A DNA stretch of 64,000 nt. Source: Nitrosopumilus sp. (lineage in GTDB: Archaea > Thermoproteota > Nitrososphaeria > Nitrososphaerales > Nitrosopumilaceae). How positions within the stretch are numbered: position 1 is the stretch's first letter; each line of letters starts with the position of its first letter. Below the pieces are notes generated by a model. It was given only the letters and a program-made list of their open reading frames with translations. It was not told where the DNA came from and did not search any database. Of the stretch, positions 53,974-64,000 are shown piece after piece. The stretch is from contig OZ244732.1 in the NCBI GenBank assembly GCA_965219345.1, positions 1,632,001-1,696,000 on the forward strand, read 5' to 3'. Position numbers and translations under genes: made by a program.

Positions 53974-54399
53974 ATGCCTGAGAAGATCTGGGTTGGTGGA
54001 ATCTATCTTAAAGATGAAGGAGGGTATGAAATTGTTCTAAAATCTTTGAAGCACTACAAAAATAGATTAAAAACAATGGGCAACAGCCCAGAACTAAAAG
54101 ATGCAGGTGCAATGTTTGCACCAGTTTTACATCAACAAGCAATGAAAACAATTCTAAAAATTGATCAGATAATTCAAAAGATTCAAGACAATATGGAAGA
54201 TATTCAATCAGTTAACAAGATAAGTGAAGATGTTCCATTTTTAGAAAAAGCGTTGTTATGTTATGAAGCAGATATTCACAAGGCGGAAGATATAGGACAT
54301 GAATATTTTGTAAAACTTGTTGGAAATATAACAGAAGCAAAAGATGATCTAAATACTATCAAAAATGCACTGGAAAAAATAAATCAGTATTCAGAATAA
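53974..54399 (+). CDS. Hypothetical protein
   Basis: 141-aa ORF. Confidence 0.75.
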   Translation: MPEKIWVGGIYLKDEGGYEIVLKSLKHYKNRLKTMGNSPELKDAGAMFAPVLHQQAMKTILKIDQIIQKIQDNMEDIQSVNKISEDVPFLEKALLCYEADIHKAEDIGHEYFVKLVGNITEAKDDLNTIKNALEKINQYSE

Positions 54400-54401
54400 T
54401 T

Positions 54402-54632
54402 TTACAGTCCTTGCAGATACCAGTCCAAGTATGGTCTTAAAGCATTACACAATTTTTTCCTTTCAGTCTCATCATTTATACCTAAAATCTTCTGGATTTT
54501 TCCCTGAAGATATTCTGAAATGAGTGCATTTTTGAATTCAGGTTTAATCTTACTTAGAATTTCAAGAATCTTCTCAGAAGGAGTATTCTCAAAATCATCC
54601 AAAGTCTGTTTAATTTGGTCTTCTAATAACAT
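54402..54632 (-). CDS. Hypothetical protein
   Basis: 76-aa ORF. Confidence 0.65.
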   Translation of the reverse strand: MLLEDQIKQTLDDFENTPSEKILEILSKIKPEFKNALISEYLQGKIQKILGINDETERKKLCNALRPYLDWYLQGL

Positions 54633-54668
54633 AAGATTATTTGAAAAATGCCATTATTATTTGTAGAA

Positions 54669-54896
54669 TTAGAGAACATCCTCATCATCCCAGGTAAGAC
54701 GGAATTTCCCCGTAACTCTAAACATTTTGAACTTTCCGCCCTCCTTAAAATGCAGTTTATATAATTTGTGAGACGTGTCTTCTATTTCCAAACTAACGTC
54801 ATCCTTGATTGTTTGAAAAACTATAGGATCATTTGAAATTTGTTTCCACTCTTCTTCAGCAAAGTCCATGTAGAATTTAGTATACAGCAATCCCAT
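54669..54896 (-). CDS. Hypothetical protein
   Basis: 75-aa ORF. Confidence 0.7.
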   Translation of the reverse strand: MGLLYTKFYMDFAEEEWKQISNDPIVFQTIKDDVSLEIEDTSHKLYKLHFKEGGKFKMFRVTGKFRLTWDDEDVL

Positions 54897-54938
54897 GAAT
54901 AGTGATAAATGGACCTGAATAAATAACTAGATGGAATA

Positions 54939-55517
54939 TTATCTCTCCATTGATCTTTTTGGCATGATAATTCCTAGATAGCTCAGAATAGCAGGTAAAA
55001 TTATCTCAAAGTCCCTGTCGTGTCTTATCGTTTCAAAAACCTGATAAATTAACTGCTGAATTGTCAGATGCTCATCTCTGTATAACGTTTTTTTTGGATT
55101 TTTTGATGAATCCAAAATAGTAAATCCATTATCTGTCTGCAATAGATTTTTTAGAAGAGAGCTTGCAATCGTTATCTTCTCATCTACATCCTTGTGTGGA
55201 TAGTCAGTCTCCAATCTTTTGATTTGTGATTTTAAATCATGAAAAGAGTTGTTTGTATTTCGTTCAATATGTTGTTGTGATTTTTGTTCATAATTTTCAG
55301 TTAGACGATAAAGCTTCATGTTCGCTTTAGTCTGCACAAAAATAATTTCTTTTTCTAGTAAAGAATCTCTTGTCTTCTCAAAAGTTGTTTTTGCCATAAA
55401 TTCAGGTACGATTAATTTTAGGAGTGCATTATGATGCAAATTTGGGTTATTTTTAATATTCTCAAGTAGTATCCTTTCACGCTCATATATCTCAAAGTTA
55501 GGCTCATGATGACTCAT
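54939..55517 (-). CDS. wHTH-like hypothetical protein
   Basis: ILLENIKNNP.LHHN.L...MAKTTFEK...L; architecture similar to 50802-51386. Confidence 0.7.
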   Translation of the reverse strand: MSHHEPNFEIYERERILLENIKNNPNLHHNALLKLIVPEFMAKTTFEKTRDSLLEKEIIFVQTKANMKLYRLTENYEQKSQQHIERNTNNSFHDLKSQIKRLETDYPHKDVDEKITIASSLLKNLLQTDNGFTILDSSKNPKKTLYRDEHLTIQQLIYQVFETIRHDRDFEIILPAILSYLGIIMPKRSMER

Positions 55518-55606
55518 TTTTACTAGGTCGACCCATTATAGGTGAGTTAACTATTAATCAGTTTCTATACAAGAAATTAGCTCAGAAAGTTGGATATGAA
55601 ATAAAG

Positions 55607-55900
55607 TTAGGAAAAGTCTTCAGGTGGTTTTTGGACGAAGATATTACAAACAAGCGCATCAGTTTTTGAATCTCTATATTGAACATTACATGATACAAAT
55701 TTTCCTTTTAATGCACGTTCTAGCTGAACTCGTGTGGTTTCTGCATATTGTGGATCATCAGGATTATCGATCTTTGCAATGATTATTTTTTCAGTCTTAC
55801 CATATTCGTCTTTGTTGTCTTTTCTTACATGACTAACAAGTAACTGAAAAGCATTATTTGTCAGAATCCCCATGACAGGACCACCGATACCATCACCCAT
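55607..55900 (-). CDS. Hypothetical protein, possibly thermonuclease-like OB fold
   Basis: IAKIDNP...LERALKGKFVSC...RD pattern loosely like SNase; catalytic residues not evident. Confidence 0.6.
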   Translation of the reverse strand: MGDGIGGPVMGILTNNAFQLLVSHVRKDNKDEYGKTEKIIIAKIDNPDDPQYAETTRVQLERALKGKFVSCNVQYRDSKTDALVCNIFVQKPPEDFS

Positions 55901-55926
55901 AATTTGTAAAATTTTTTGTTCTATAA

Positions 55927-56754
55927 TTACTTGGTGGCAATACTAATCTCAAAGTCAGGTACCAGATTCTTGTTTTTTGCCATCTCAAAGAGTTTTCTAA
56001 TGGATTCCTCGCCAGAATCTCCCATGTTAACAGTTACCTCATTAACATACATCTTTACAAATTTTTCAATCAAATCACGTGGCTTGCCTCTGGAATACTG
56101 CATTGCATAATCTAGTGCATCTGAAAGATGCTCTAATCCAAATTCTATTGATGTTTGAAGATGCTTATCAAATTTACAAATGGTCTCCATACCTAGATCT
56201 GTTCTCATCACATTGATTCCAAGTGGCACTGGCAATCCATTTGTTGTTTTGTCCCACCATTCCCCAACATCCAAAATCTTGACATTTCCTTCTTGCTCGT
56301 ACGATAACTGGGTCTCATGAATTACAAGTCCTACATCAACCTTGCCGCTTTTGACAGCTTTAGGAATATCACTAAAATTCATCTCTACATAATCAAATTT
56401 ACCAATCATTAGTTGTAACAGCAAGAATGCAGATGTCATTTTTCCTGGAATTGCAATCTTAGACTTTTTTATCTGGTCAATTGACATCTGTTGTTTTGCG
56501 GTAACTATTGGACCATAACCGATTCCAAAACTTCCACCGCTTCTCAGGATTGTGTATCCGTGGATATAGGCACATGCGTGGACTGAAACCGCAGTTACAT
56601 CGAGTTGCGGATCAGTTGCCTTACGATTTAACTTCTCAATATCTTCAATAACATGACTTACCGTAAAGTCTGGAGATGTAACTTTGTCTGTGAACATTCC
56701 ATAAAACATGAATGCGTCATCTGAATCAGGAGTGTGTCCCACAGAAATTTCCAT
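55927..56754 (-). CDS. mqnD: MqnD-like menaquinone (futalosine pathway) protein
   Basis: GHTPDSDDAFMFY, GYGP, AIPG.MTSA, VIHE, LPVPLG, YVNE. Confidence 0.85.
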   Translation of the reverse strand: MEISVGHTPDSDDAFMFYGMFTDKVTSPDFTVSHVIEDIEKLNRKATDPQLDVTAVSVHACAYIHGYTILRSGGSFGIGYGPIVTAKQQMSIDQIKKSKIAIPGKMTSAFLLLQLMIGKFDYVEMNFSDIPKAVKSGKVDVGLVIHETQLSYEQEGNVKILDVGEWWDKTTNGLPVPLGINVMRTDLGMETICKFDKHLQTSIEFGLEHLSDALDYAMQYSRGKPRDLIEKFVKMYVNEVTVNMGDSGEESIRKLFEMAKNKNLVPDFEISIATK

Positions 56755-56837
56755 GACTGTTTGCTGAAAGGTCGTAATAAAAACCAAAACTTAGGTTGAA
56801 CCGTTTTTCTAATATATGTCCAAAATCATTTGATGTT

Positions 56838-57743
56838 ATGAATACAATTGAGGCATATGAAAAAGACATTGAACTTCAATTAGATTTTTTAAAATCATTT
56901 AGAAAACAAAGACTACTATCTCATAGTCAGCAAAAAAATACTATCTTTTCAGGTAGTGGTGATTCTTTAGCATCTGCAATGCTAGCTGAATCGTTTTCAG
57001 AGGGGGTGGTAAAAGCAATGGATCCATTAGATATTTACAGAAATAAACAATTGGTCAAATCTAAACATGTCTACTTTGTATCAATATCTGGAAACACAAT
57101 CACAAACGTAAAGGTAGCAAAGATTGCAAAAAGAGCTACTGCAATCACCTCAAAGTCTAAAAGTAGGTTGGCTGATGCTTCTGATGAAACTATTCTCCTT
57201 ACTTCTCCAAATAATGAAATCTTTACTGCCGGAAGCATTTCATTTTTGGAAAGTGCTTTAACATGTATTTCTTTAGTTAAGAAGATAACAATTCCACAAA
57301 ACTCTAAAATATTTTCAAAGGCAAAGGCGGATGCAAAAAAATTTAGAATAACAAAAAGGATATTCATTCTTGGGAATCTGTTTACATTTCCATTGGCAAT
57401 GTATTGTGCCGCAAAGTTTTATGAAATTCTAGGTTATGACGCCCATTATTGTAAATTAGAACAGTTTTCTCACATGGAGTTGTTTTCAATTCACAAAGGG
57501 GATACTGTCATTATCTTTGAGGAGAAAAACTCTTACAATAAACATCTTGAAAAAAATCTCAAGAAAATAGGCGTGAATATAATTCATCCAAGCATACCAT
57601 CCTCAAAGATCTCTCAAATGATTTACTGTATATTTTTTTCTCAACTACTTGCCCTTTTTGAGGGAAAAAAGAAAAGGAAAAAAGAATGTCATTTTGTTAC
57701 AGCAAAAAAGATTCACAATGTTAGCAACCAAATGATCTATTGA
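56838..57743 (+). CDS. SIS-domain sugar isomerase
   Basis: FSGSGDS, VSISGNT, AAKFYE, EQFSHME. Confidence 0.82.
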   Translation: MNTIEAYEKDIELQLDFLKSFRKQRLLSHSQQKNTIFSGSGDSLASAMLAESFSEGVVKAMDPLDIYRNKQLVKSKHVYFVSISGNTITNVKVAKIAKRATAITSKSKSRLADASDETILLTSPNNEIFTAGSISFLESALTCISLVKKITIPQNSKIFSKAKADAKKFRITKRIFILGNLFTFPLAMYCAAKFYEILGYDAHYCKLEQFSHMELFSIHKGDTVIIFEEKNSYNKHLEKNLKKIGVNIIHPSIPSSKISQMIYCIFFSQLLALFEGKKKRKKECHFVTAKKIHNVSNQMIY

Positions 57744-57791
57744 TCTTTTCCTAGGCTAAGGTTTAATAGCTGATTACTGGGGTTTGCGAAT

Positions 57792-59984
57792 ATGGTAAAA
57801 TACAAGTCAACAGGTGAGGTTTTAAAAATCATCAAGAACAAGGACCAGATCCGTAACTTCGGTGTTATTGCTCACGTTGACCATGGAAAAACTACTATGA
57901 GCGATAGTCTCTTAGCGTACTCTGGGATTATTGCTCCATCTGCTGCCGGAAAGGCATTGGCAATGGACTTTGATAAAGAGGAGCAGGAAAGAGGAATTAC
58001 AATTTATCAGGCAAATGTTACTTTACACTTTTCTCAGAAAGACAAAGAATACGTCATTAACATGATTGATACTCCTGGACACGTAGATTTCAGTGGAAGA
58101 GTAATTCGTAGTCTTAGGGCAATAGACGGTGCAGTTGTAGTTTGCGATGCAGTGGAAGGAATCATGACTCAGACTGAAACTGTAACCAGGATGGCACTTG
58201 AAGAGAGAGTAAGACCGGTTTTATTTATCAACAAAGTTGACAGACTCATCAAAGAACTCAGATTGACTCCTGAGAAGATGCAACAACAACTAGCTGAAGT
58301 TGTTTCTGACTTTAACCAATTAATTGACACATATGCAGAACCTGAATACAAAGAAAAATGGAAAGTATCAATTCAGGATGCAAGTGTTACATTTGGTTCT
58401 GCAAAGGACAGATGGGCAATCAACATTGATTTGATGAAGGAGAAAGGACTTACATTCAAAGATGTCATTGATGCTTATCAAAGTGAAAAAGTTCCAGATC
58501 TTGTAGAGAAAGCACCATTAGCCGAGGCCATACTTGGCATGGTTGTAAAACATCATCCTCCACCCCATGAGGCGGTAAAATATAGAATTCCACAAATCTG
58601 GAAAGGTGATTTAGATTCTGATGTTGGAAAGGCATTACTTGCTTGCAGTGATGATGGTCCGACAATTATGATGATTGTAAATATGGTGTTAGATCCTGCA
58701 GCAGGACCTGTTGCAATAGGTAGATTATTCTCTGGTAAAATCATAGATGGGCAAACAATCAATATTATTGATGAGAAAAGAGAGGGAAGAATTCAATCCG
58801 TAAACTTTTTCATGGGAAACCAAAGAGAACAAGTAGGTGAGCTTGGAGCAGGAAACATACCAGCATTATTAGGATTAACTGATGCCAGAGCAGGAAACAC
58901 TCTATCTTCTGTCAAAGGCATTCAAATGTTTGAAGGAGTAAAATACGTTTCAGAACCTGTAGTTCAAATCGCAATTGAACCAAAACATCCTAAAGACTTA
59001 CCTAAACTAGTTGAATTTCTAAAACAATTAACAATTGAAGACCCAAACCTTATCGTAAAAATTGATCAGGAAAGTGGTGAAACTATCATTGCAGGAATGG
59101 GTGTATTACATCTTGATGTTGCAATTCATCGTATACAAGATGCCAAACTTGAGATTATTACTTCCGAGCCTTTGATCAACTATAGAGAAACTGTAAAAGG
59201 TACCTGTGAACCAATCATGTCAAAGTCTCCTAATAGACACAACAAGATCTTCATGAAAGTAGGGCCATTGGAGCCAGAGATTGCAAACATGCTTAGAACT
59301 GGTGAAATCAGCGACATGAAAGACAAGAAGTTTGTTGCAGACAAGCTAAAAGAGGTAGGATGGGATACTGACACAATTAAGAGAGTTATGAAACTTGATT
59401 CACGTGGAAATGTTTTGATTAATGGAACAAAAGGGGTTCAGTTTGTCCAAGAGTCAACTGACTCCATTAATACCGGTTTTGATGAGGTAATGAAAGAAGG
59501 CCCACTCTGTAGAGAACAGATGAGAGATTGCAAATTTATCTTTACTCACTTCGTTCCACATGAAGATACAGCTCACAGAGGTCTCTCTCAACTTGGTCCA
59601 GCTTCTCGTCGAGCATGTATGGGGGCATTACTAACAGCTGGCACTACAGTTTTAGAACCAACTTTAGCTATTGAGGTTCGAGTTCCAACCGACTTGGTTG
59701 GAAACGTTGCAACTGTTCTTTCTGGTAAACGTGGTAAAGTCCTTGACATGTCACAAAAAGGTGCATCAAGTATCGTTATAGGTGAAATTCCAGCTTCTGA
59801 AACATTTACTTTATCTGAAGCAATGAGAGGTCAAACTGCAGGACGTGCAACATGGAATACATCATTTAAACAATGGACTGAAGTTCCAAAATCATTATTC
59901 CAGACAGCAATAGCTGATATTAGAAAAAGAAAAGGATTGGCTCCAGATCCACCACGTATAAACGACTTTATCGATAAAGATTAG
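57792..59984 (+). CDS. fusA: Translation elongation factor aEF-2
   Basis: AHVDHGKTT, RGITI, DTPGHVDF, NKVD, diphthamide loop HEDTAHRG. Confidence 0.98.
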   Translation: MVKYKSTGEVLKIIKNKDQIRNFGVIAHVDHGKTTMSDSLLAYSGIIAPSAAGKALAMDFDKEEQERGITIYQANVTLHFSQKDKEYVINMIDTPGHVDFSGRVIRSLRAIDGAVVVCDAVEGIMTQTETVTRMALEERVRPVLFINKVDRLIKELRLTPEKMQQQLAEVVSDFNQLIDTYAEPEYKEKWKVSIQDASVTFGSAKDRWAINIDLMKEKGLTFKDVIDAYQSEKVPDLVEKAPLAEAILGMVVKHHPPPHEAVKYRIPQIWKGDLDSDVGKALLACSDDGPTIMMIVNMVLDPAAGPVAIGRLFSGKIIDGQTINIIDEKREGRIQSVNFFMGNQREQVGELGAGNIPALLGLTDARAGNTLSSVKGIQMFEGVKYVSEPVVQIAIEPKHPKDLPKLVEFLKQLTIEDPNLIVKIDQESGETIIAGMGVLHLDVAIHRIQDAKLEIITSEPLINYRETVKGTCEPIMSKSPNRHNKIFMKVGPLEPEIANMLRTGEISDMKDKKFVADKLKEVGWDTDTIKRVMKLDSRGNVLINGTKGVQFVQESTDSINTGFDEVMKEGPLCREQMRDCKFIFTHFVPHEDTAHRGLSQLGPASRRACMGALLTAGTTVLEPTLAIEVRVPTDLVGNVATVLSGKRGKVLDMSQKGASSIVIGEIPASETFTLSEAMRGQTAGRATWNTSFKQWTEVPKSLFQTAIADIRKRKGLAPDPPRINDFIDKD

Positions 59985-60341
59985 AAATAGAATTACTTGG
60001 ATTCAAAAATCCTTGGTTGATAAAAAAACAGAGGTATGATTTGTTGGAAAATTATTTTATTTATATTTGAACAAGAAATTTAAAGAAAGAAAGAAACACA
60101 CCAAGACAATCAATCCTTGAGAGGGGCATGGATAATCTTATTTTGATTATGTTACCAACTTTCTCTGATTTCTTTATGAATGAGATTAATAAGTCAATCT
60201 TGGTTAATGCGATCATACAATTTGGTTTAGTTTTTTTGTGTGCGATCATCACTCTAAATAACTTTAAGATTTTGTTAGATAAAATTAAAAAATGTGAGTA
60301 ATTTAGATTAAAAAACTATTAAGAAATTTAGCCTAAAATTT

Positions 60342-60470
60342 TTAGTTACGATGTTTTTGCAAACATTCTTTGCAATACACCGGTCTGTCGGGTGTCGGTT
60401 CAAAAGGTACTTCTGAATCTGTGCCACAATCAGAGCACTTGATAGGGTGCATTTTTCGTTCTTCTGACAT
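60342..60470 (-). CDS. CxxC-x17-CxxC Zn-binding protein (absent from ORF track)
   Basis: MSEERKMHPIKCSDCGTDSEVPFEPTPDRPVYCKECLQKHRN*. Confidence 0.85.
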   Translation of the reverse strand: MSEERKMHPIKCSDCGTDSEVPFEPTPDRPVYCKECLQKHRN

Positions 60471-60661
60471 AATTTTCCAGAATTTCTTAACTATAAGAAG
60501 GGTCCTATTTTTGTAAAAAGTTTCATTAATTCATCTAATTAATTTTTTCAAGGAAAAGATAACAGTATTTAAGATGAAAAGCCAGAATAATATTTGGTAT
60601 CTCATATGTCATTGTGCCATCATTTTAAAAATTCGATTATTTCTGGAGGGTATTACAAAAA

Positions 60662-61582
60662 TTATACTTTCAATTTGGATGCTAATCCTTCCTTTAATCC
60701 CTTGTAACGATTTCTTATGGTAACTTCAGTAACTCCTGCAGCTTCTGCTAGGTCTCGTTGAGTGATAGATACCCCATTTTGGACACAAGATAAGTATAGT
60801 GCAGTTGCTGCAAGACCCATTGGATCCTTTCCAGCTGATTCTTTACGGTCTTGTGCATCTTGGAGTACTTTGATTGCATATCGTTTTGTTTTTTCTGTGA
60901 TCTTTAGTTTACTTGAAATTCTTGCAATACATTGAATTGAATCCACAACAGGCATCTTCAACTCTAATTCATTATGCAATAATCTATAACATCTTGAAAT
61001 ATCTTTTCGTTTAACATTTGCAGCATCAGCAATATCTTTTAGGGTTCTAGGTGTTTCGGTATCTCTGCAAGCAGCATAAAGTGATGCAGCAATCATTGCA
61101 GAGATAGATCTTCCACGAACAAGTTTTTTCTCCAATGCCTTTCTGTAAAGATAAGCAGCCTTTTCAAGGACATTTGCAGAAATTGCAACCTTGTCTTTTA
61201 GCTTATTTAATTCACTGAGAGCTTGTCTCAAATTTCGATCAACAGGTTCATGAACTTGGCTTCTATTGTCCCAAGTTCTGAGTCTTTCAATAGTGCTTTT
61301 CATTGAAGCAGTAAGAGGTTTTCCCGTCGCATCTCTATTTTGAGGATTAATAACTGTAGATAATCCCATGTCGTGAATTGTAAGTGATGATGGTGCACCA
61401 GTTCTTGCTGGATCTGAGCCACCATCTTTTTGAAAAGATCTCCATTCTGGGCCTGATGCTTGTAACTTTTCGGAAATTACAAAACCACACTTAGCACAAA
61501 ACTGTTCCCCAGTATCTTCATCTGTCAATAATGAGTTTTTTCCACAACGTAGACAATTAGAATTTGACTTGAAAGTTACCAT
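60662..61582 (-). CDS. tfb: Transcription initiation factor IIB
   Basis: Zn ribbon CLRC...CAKCG, GPEWRSF, cyclin repeats, GVTEVTIRNRYK. Confidence 0.97.
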   Translation of the reverse strand: MVTFKSNSNCLRCGKNSLLTDEDTGEQFCAKCGFVISEKLQASGPEWRSFQKDGGSDPARTGAPSSLTIHDMGLSTVINPQNRDATGKPLTASMKSTIERLRTWDNRSQVHEPVDRNLRQALSELNKLKDKVAISANVLEKAAYLYRKALEKKLVRGRSISAMIAASLYAACRDTETPRTLKDIADAANVKRKDISRCYRLLHNELELKMPVVDSIQCIARISSKLKITEKTKRYAIKVLQDAQDRKESAGKDPMGLAATALYLSCVQNGVSITQRDLAEAAGVTEVTIRNRYKGLKEGLASKLKV

Positions 61583-61846
61583 GTAAACTATAAAGTTATC
61601 TCAGATGACTAATTTAAACGAGTAGTATATCATCTAATTTATTCATACAAAATAAGAAAGTTATTGGTTAATCAAGAAATTATCATCTCAGATTGAATTC
61701 TAGATTTCCTGTTTTACAATTCATCATAAATGAAATATCAAAAAATACCATACAGGAATAATTTGAGCCTGTAAGTGTCAGTGTTTTAATTACAAATACG
61801 ATCAGACTTTTATGATATTATTATAATAATTCATTGAGAGTGGGCA

Positions 61847-63835
61847 TTGGTGCATGTAGCAATTCTATTATTAGTTGTCCCAGTCTGGAGTATCACAATT
61901 TCTGGAATTAGTCAAAGTTTTGCTGAAGAAGGCGGGATTCTTGATTGGGTAAAGACAGCTCTGATTTTATGGTCTGAAGATGAAATAACAAATGTAGAAT
62001 TTGTTAAAACAATAGATTATCTATCGTCAAAAGGAATTGTAACAATTTCGTCCACTAATGATAAAGAAGTTCAAAGGCAACTCGAGTATTTAAAAGCGAA
62101 AAGTGAAGTACCCCAAGAAGAAGTAAAGGAACTTCGTGACGAAAACAAGGAATATAGAATTTTACTCAAGAGTCAAGAAATAAGTGAACCAATCAAGAGT
62201 TCAGCATCATTTACAAAATGAGAATACTCTATTCAGAAATGACATGATGTTCATACAAGACCAAAACACATCAGAACGTAAATCACTCATAAGACAACTT
62301 GAGAGTAAGAAAAACAATCAACAGACGATCATAACTTCAATGAATGTAGAAATTGAAGAGTCAAATGATCTAATAAACACACTCAATTCAAAGATTGTAG
62401 TTTATCAAAAACAAATTAGTTTAATGGAACAAGAAGGAGTACAGTACAAAAATGAGATTACTACGTTAAGGATAGAAAACAATGACCAACAAGATTCGTT
62501 AAGCATTACAAGCAATACAGTTGATGAAGACATTAGTATGATAAATCCATTAACTGAGGAAAATAAAAGACATCAAAATATAATTAATGAACTCAAACAG
62601 GAAAACAAACTATTAGAAAAGAAAACTAGTTTTACAATAAATGAAAATGTAGATAATTTTATCTTGATTACTGAAATTGAATCTGAAAACAATGAGATGA
62701 AAAAGCAAATCGAATTATTGCAATCTCAAATTAAACAAAAACGCGAACAAATTGAAACTTTGAAGAATGGCCAAATACAAAAAGATAATGAAATTTCACA
62801 GATTCAGGCACAAAAATTACAGGTTTTACAGTCAACAAACAATCTAGGTGAGATAGAAAACCTATCAAATCAAAATGATATGTATCTTGTAGAACTAAAC
62901 TATCTGAAAGCAAAGAACCTTGTTAATGATGAAGAAATAAAAACTCTAAGAGGAGAAAATGAAGAATATAGAGTATTACACAATCTCTTAAAGAAAGGAC
63001 AGGACTCAGTTACAGGAATTGATAATGTAAACTATGATTCTATGAATGATATGCAGTACAGGGTGTTGTAATGTACGGAACAACTAGAATGGAAAAGAGT
63101 TTGCCTGATGATTGGATTGCAAAAGTAAATAATTCTAAAGAATACTCAATATACATCGAACCAACATCCAAGTGTTCAAATGATGTTTTGCCTGAAGTAC
63201 ACAAAGCATTGGAGTTTTGGAACCAAGTAGATGGTGTACAATTTGAAATTATTGATGCACCATCATTTGGAATTATTTCTATTGCGTGGGAAAAAGAATT
63301 ACGAAATGGTTATGATGGATATGTTTTGGGCCAAACAAATGTATCTATTGGACTTGGAAGTAATGATTGCGATAGTAACTGGAAAGCATATAATACTGAA
63401 TCAGTAAGAAATATTTTGATCCATAAAATTGATCATACTGTTGGGTTAGATCATGCAGTTAGCAAATCAAACATTATGTATCCATTGATTCATGACGCAA
63501 AGTTTACAGCAATTGAACAATCATTTACTATCCCACAAAACGATTCAATATTCATCAAGGGATGTTCGTTTAGCGCTGATCCATCATATAAATATCAAGT
63601 AGAAGTGAATGATTCAAAAAAGATGGATGTCTTCTTTGTACCATCAATGGAGGAGAAATACAAAGTTGATTCTGGAGATTCGTTCAACTATTATTCTGAT
63701 ATCAGTTGCCTTGGAATAGATAAATCATTCAAAATGGGAGTCTGTAAAGAAATAGCTGATTCTGGTGGAATGTTGATAATTAATTCAGATAATGAAGGTA
63801 CAATTTTACTCAAAGTGTATCTAGAAGAGCAATAG
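61847..63835 (+). pseudogene. Secreted coiled-coil plus matrixin-type metalloprotease gene, split into three frames
   Basis: Fragments 61847-62221, 62184-63071, 63071-63835; thaumarchaeal WVK...W...I...EF...I.YL module; Zn motif degraded to HKIDHTVGLDH; SNIMYP Met-turn. Confidence 0.75.
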
Positions 63836-64000
63836 TCCAAATTCTTCTAAATTAAAAAATTGAGAGATAAAAAATTAAGGAAAATAGATAATATATGATA
63901 AAACCCAAACATAGTCAGAATTGGTTCTTGTTAACAAAAAAATGCTAATGAGTGGTCTTGCAATGATAATTGTAGGAATAGTACTCACAGTGATCATTAG

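Overview
Chromosomal window from an ammonia-oxidising archaeon of the Nitrosopumilus type (inferred from protein families and gene order). Left to right: the tail of the spc-like ribosomal protein cluster (uL14, uL24, eS4, uL5, uS14, uS8, uL6), where uL24 carries 13 copies of a 42-bp coding repeat; tRNA-Asn(GTT); then an accessory island of about 30 kb (3.8-33.7 kb). The island holds a complete type I-G (I-U) CRISPR-Cas system: cas4/cas1 fusion, cas2, leader and an array of about 164 repeats on the + strand, with cas3-cas8g-cas7-csb2 transcribed convergently on the - strand. It also holds a broken DnaQ-like exonuclease, an IS1595 remnant and a PD-(D/E)xK nuclease. The rest is core genome (pur genes, tatAC, ubiX, purP, CBS-TrkH, mqnD, EF-2, TFB) with several decayed genes. 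Most notable: (1) a 36-37 bp duplication flanking a 35-36 bp foreign-looking insert at the 3' end of a nucleoside deoxyribosyltransferase gene, with the geometry of an off-array Cas1-Cas2 spacer integration; (2) spacer pairs that record synonymously diverged or overlapping sites of the same unknown invader; (3) a 98-bp internal inversion in the exonuclease gene next to cas3. All counts and alignments were done by eye; no database searches were run.
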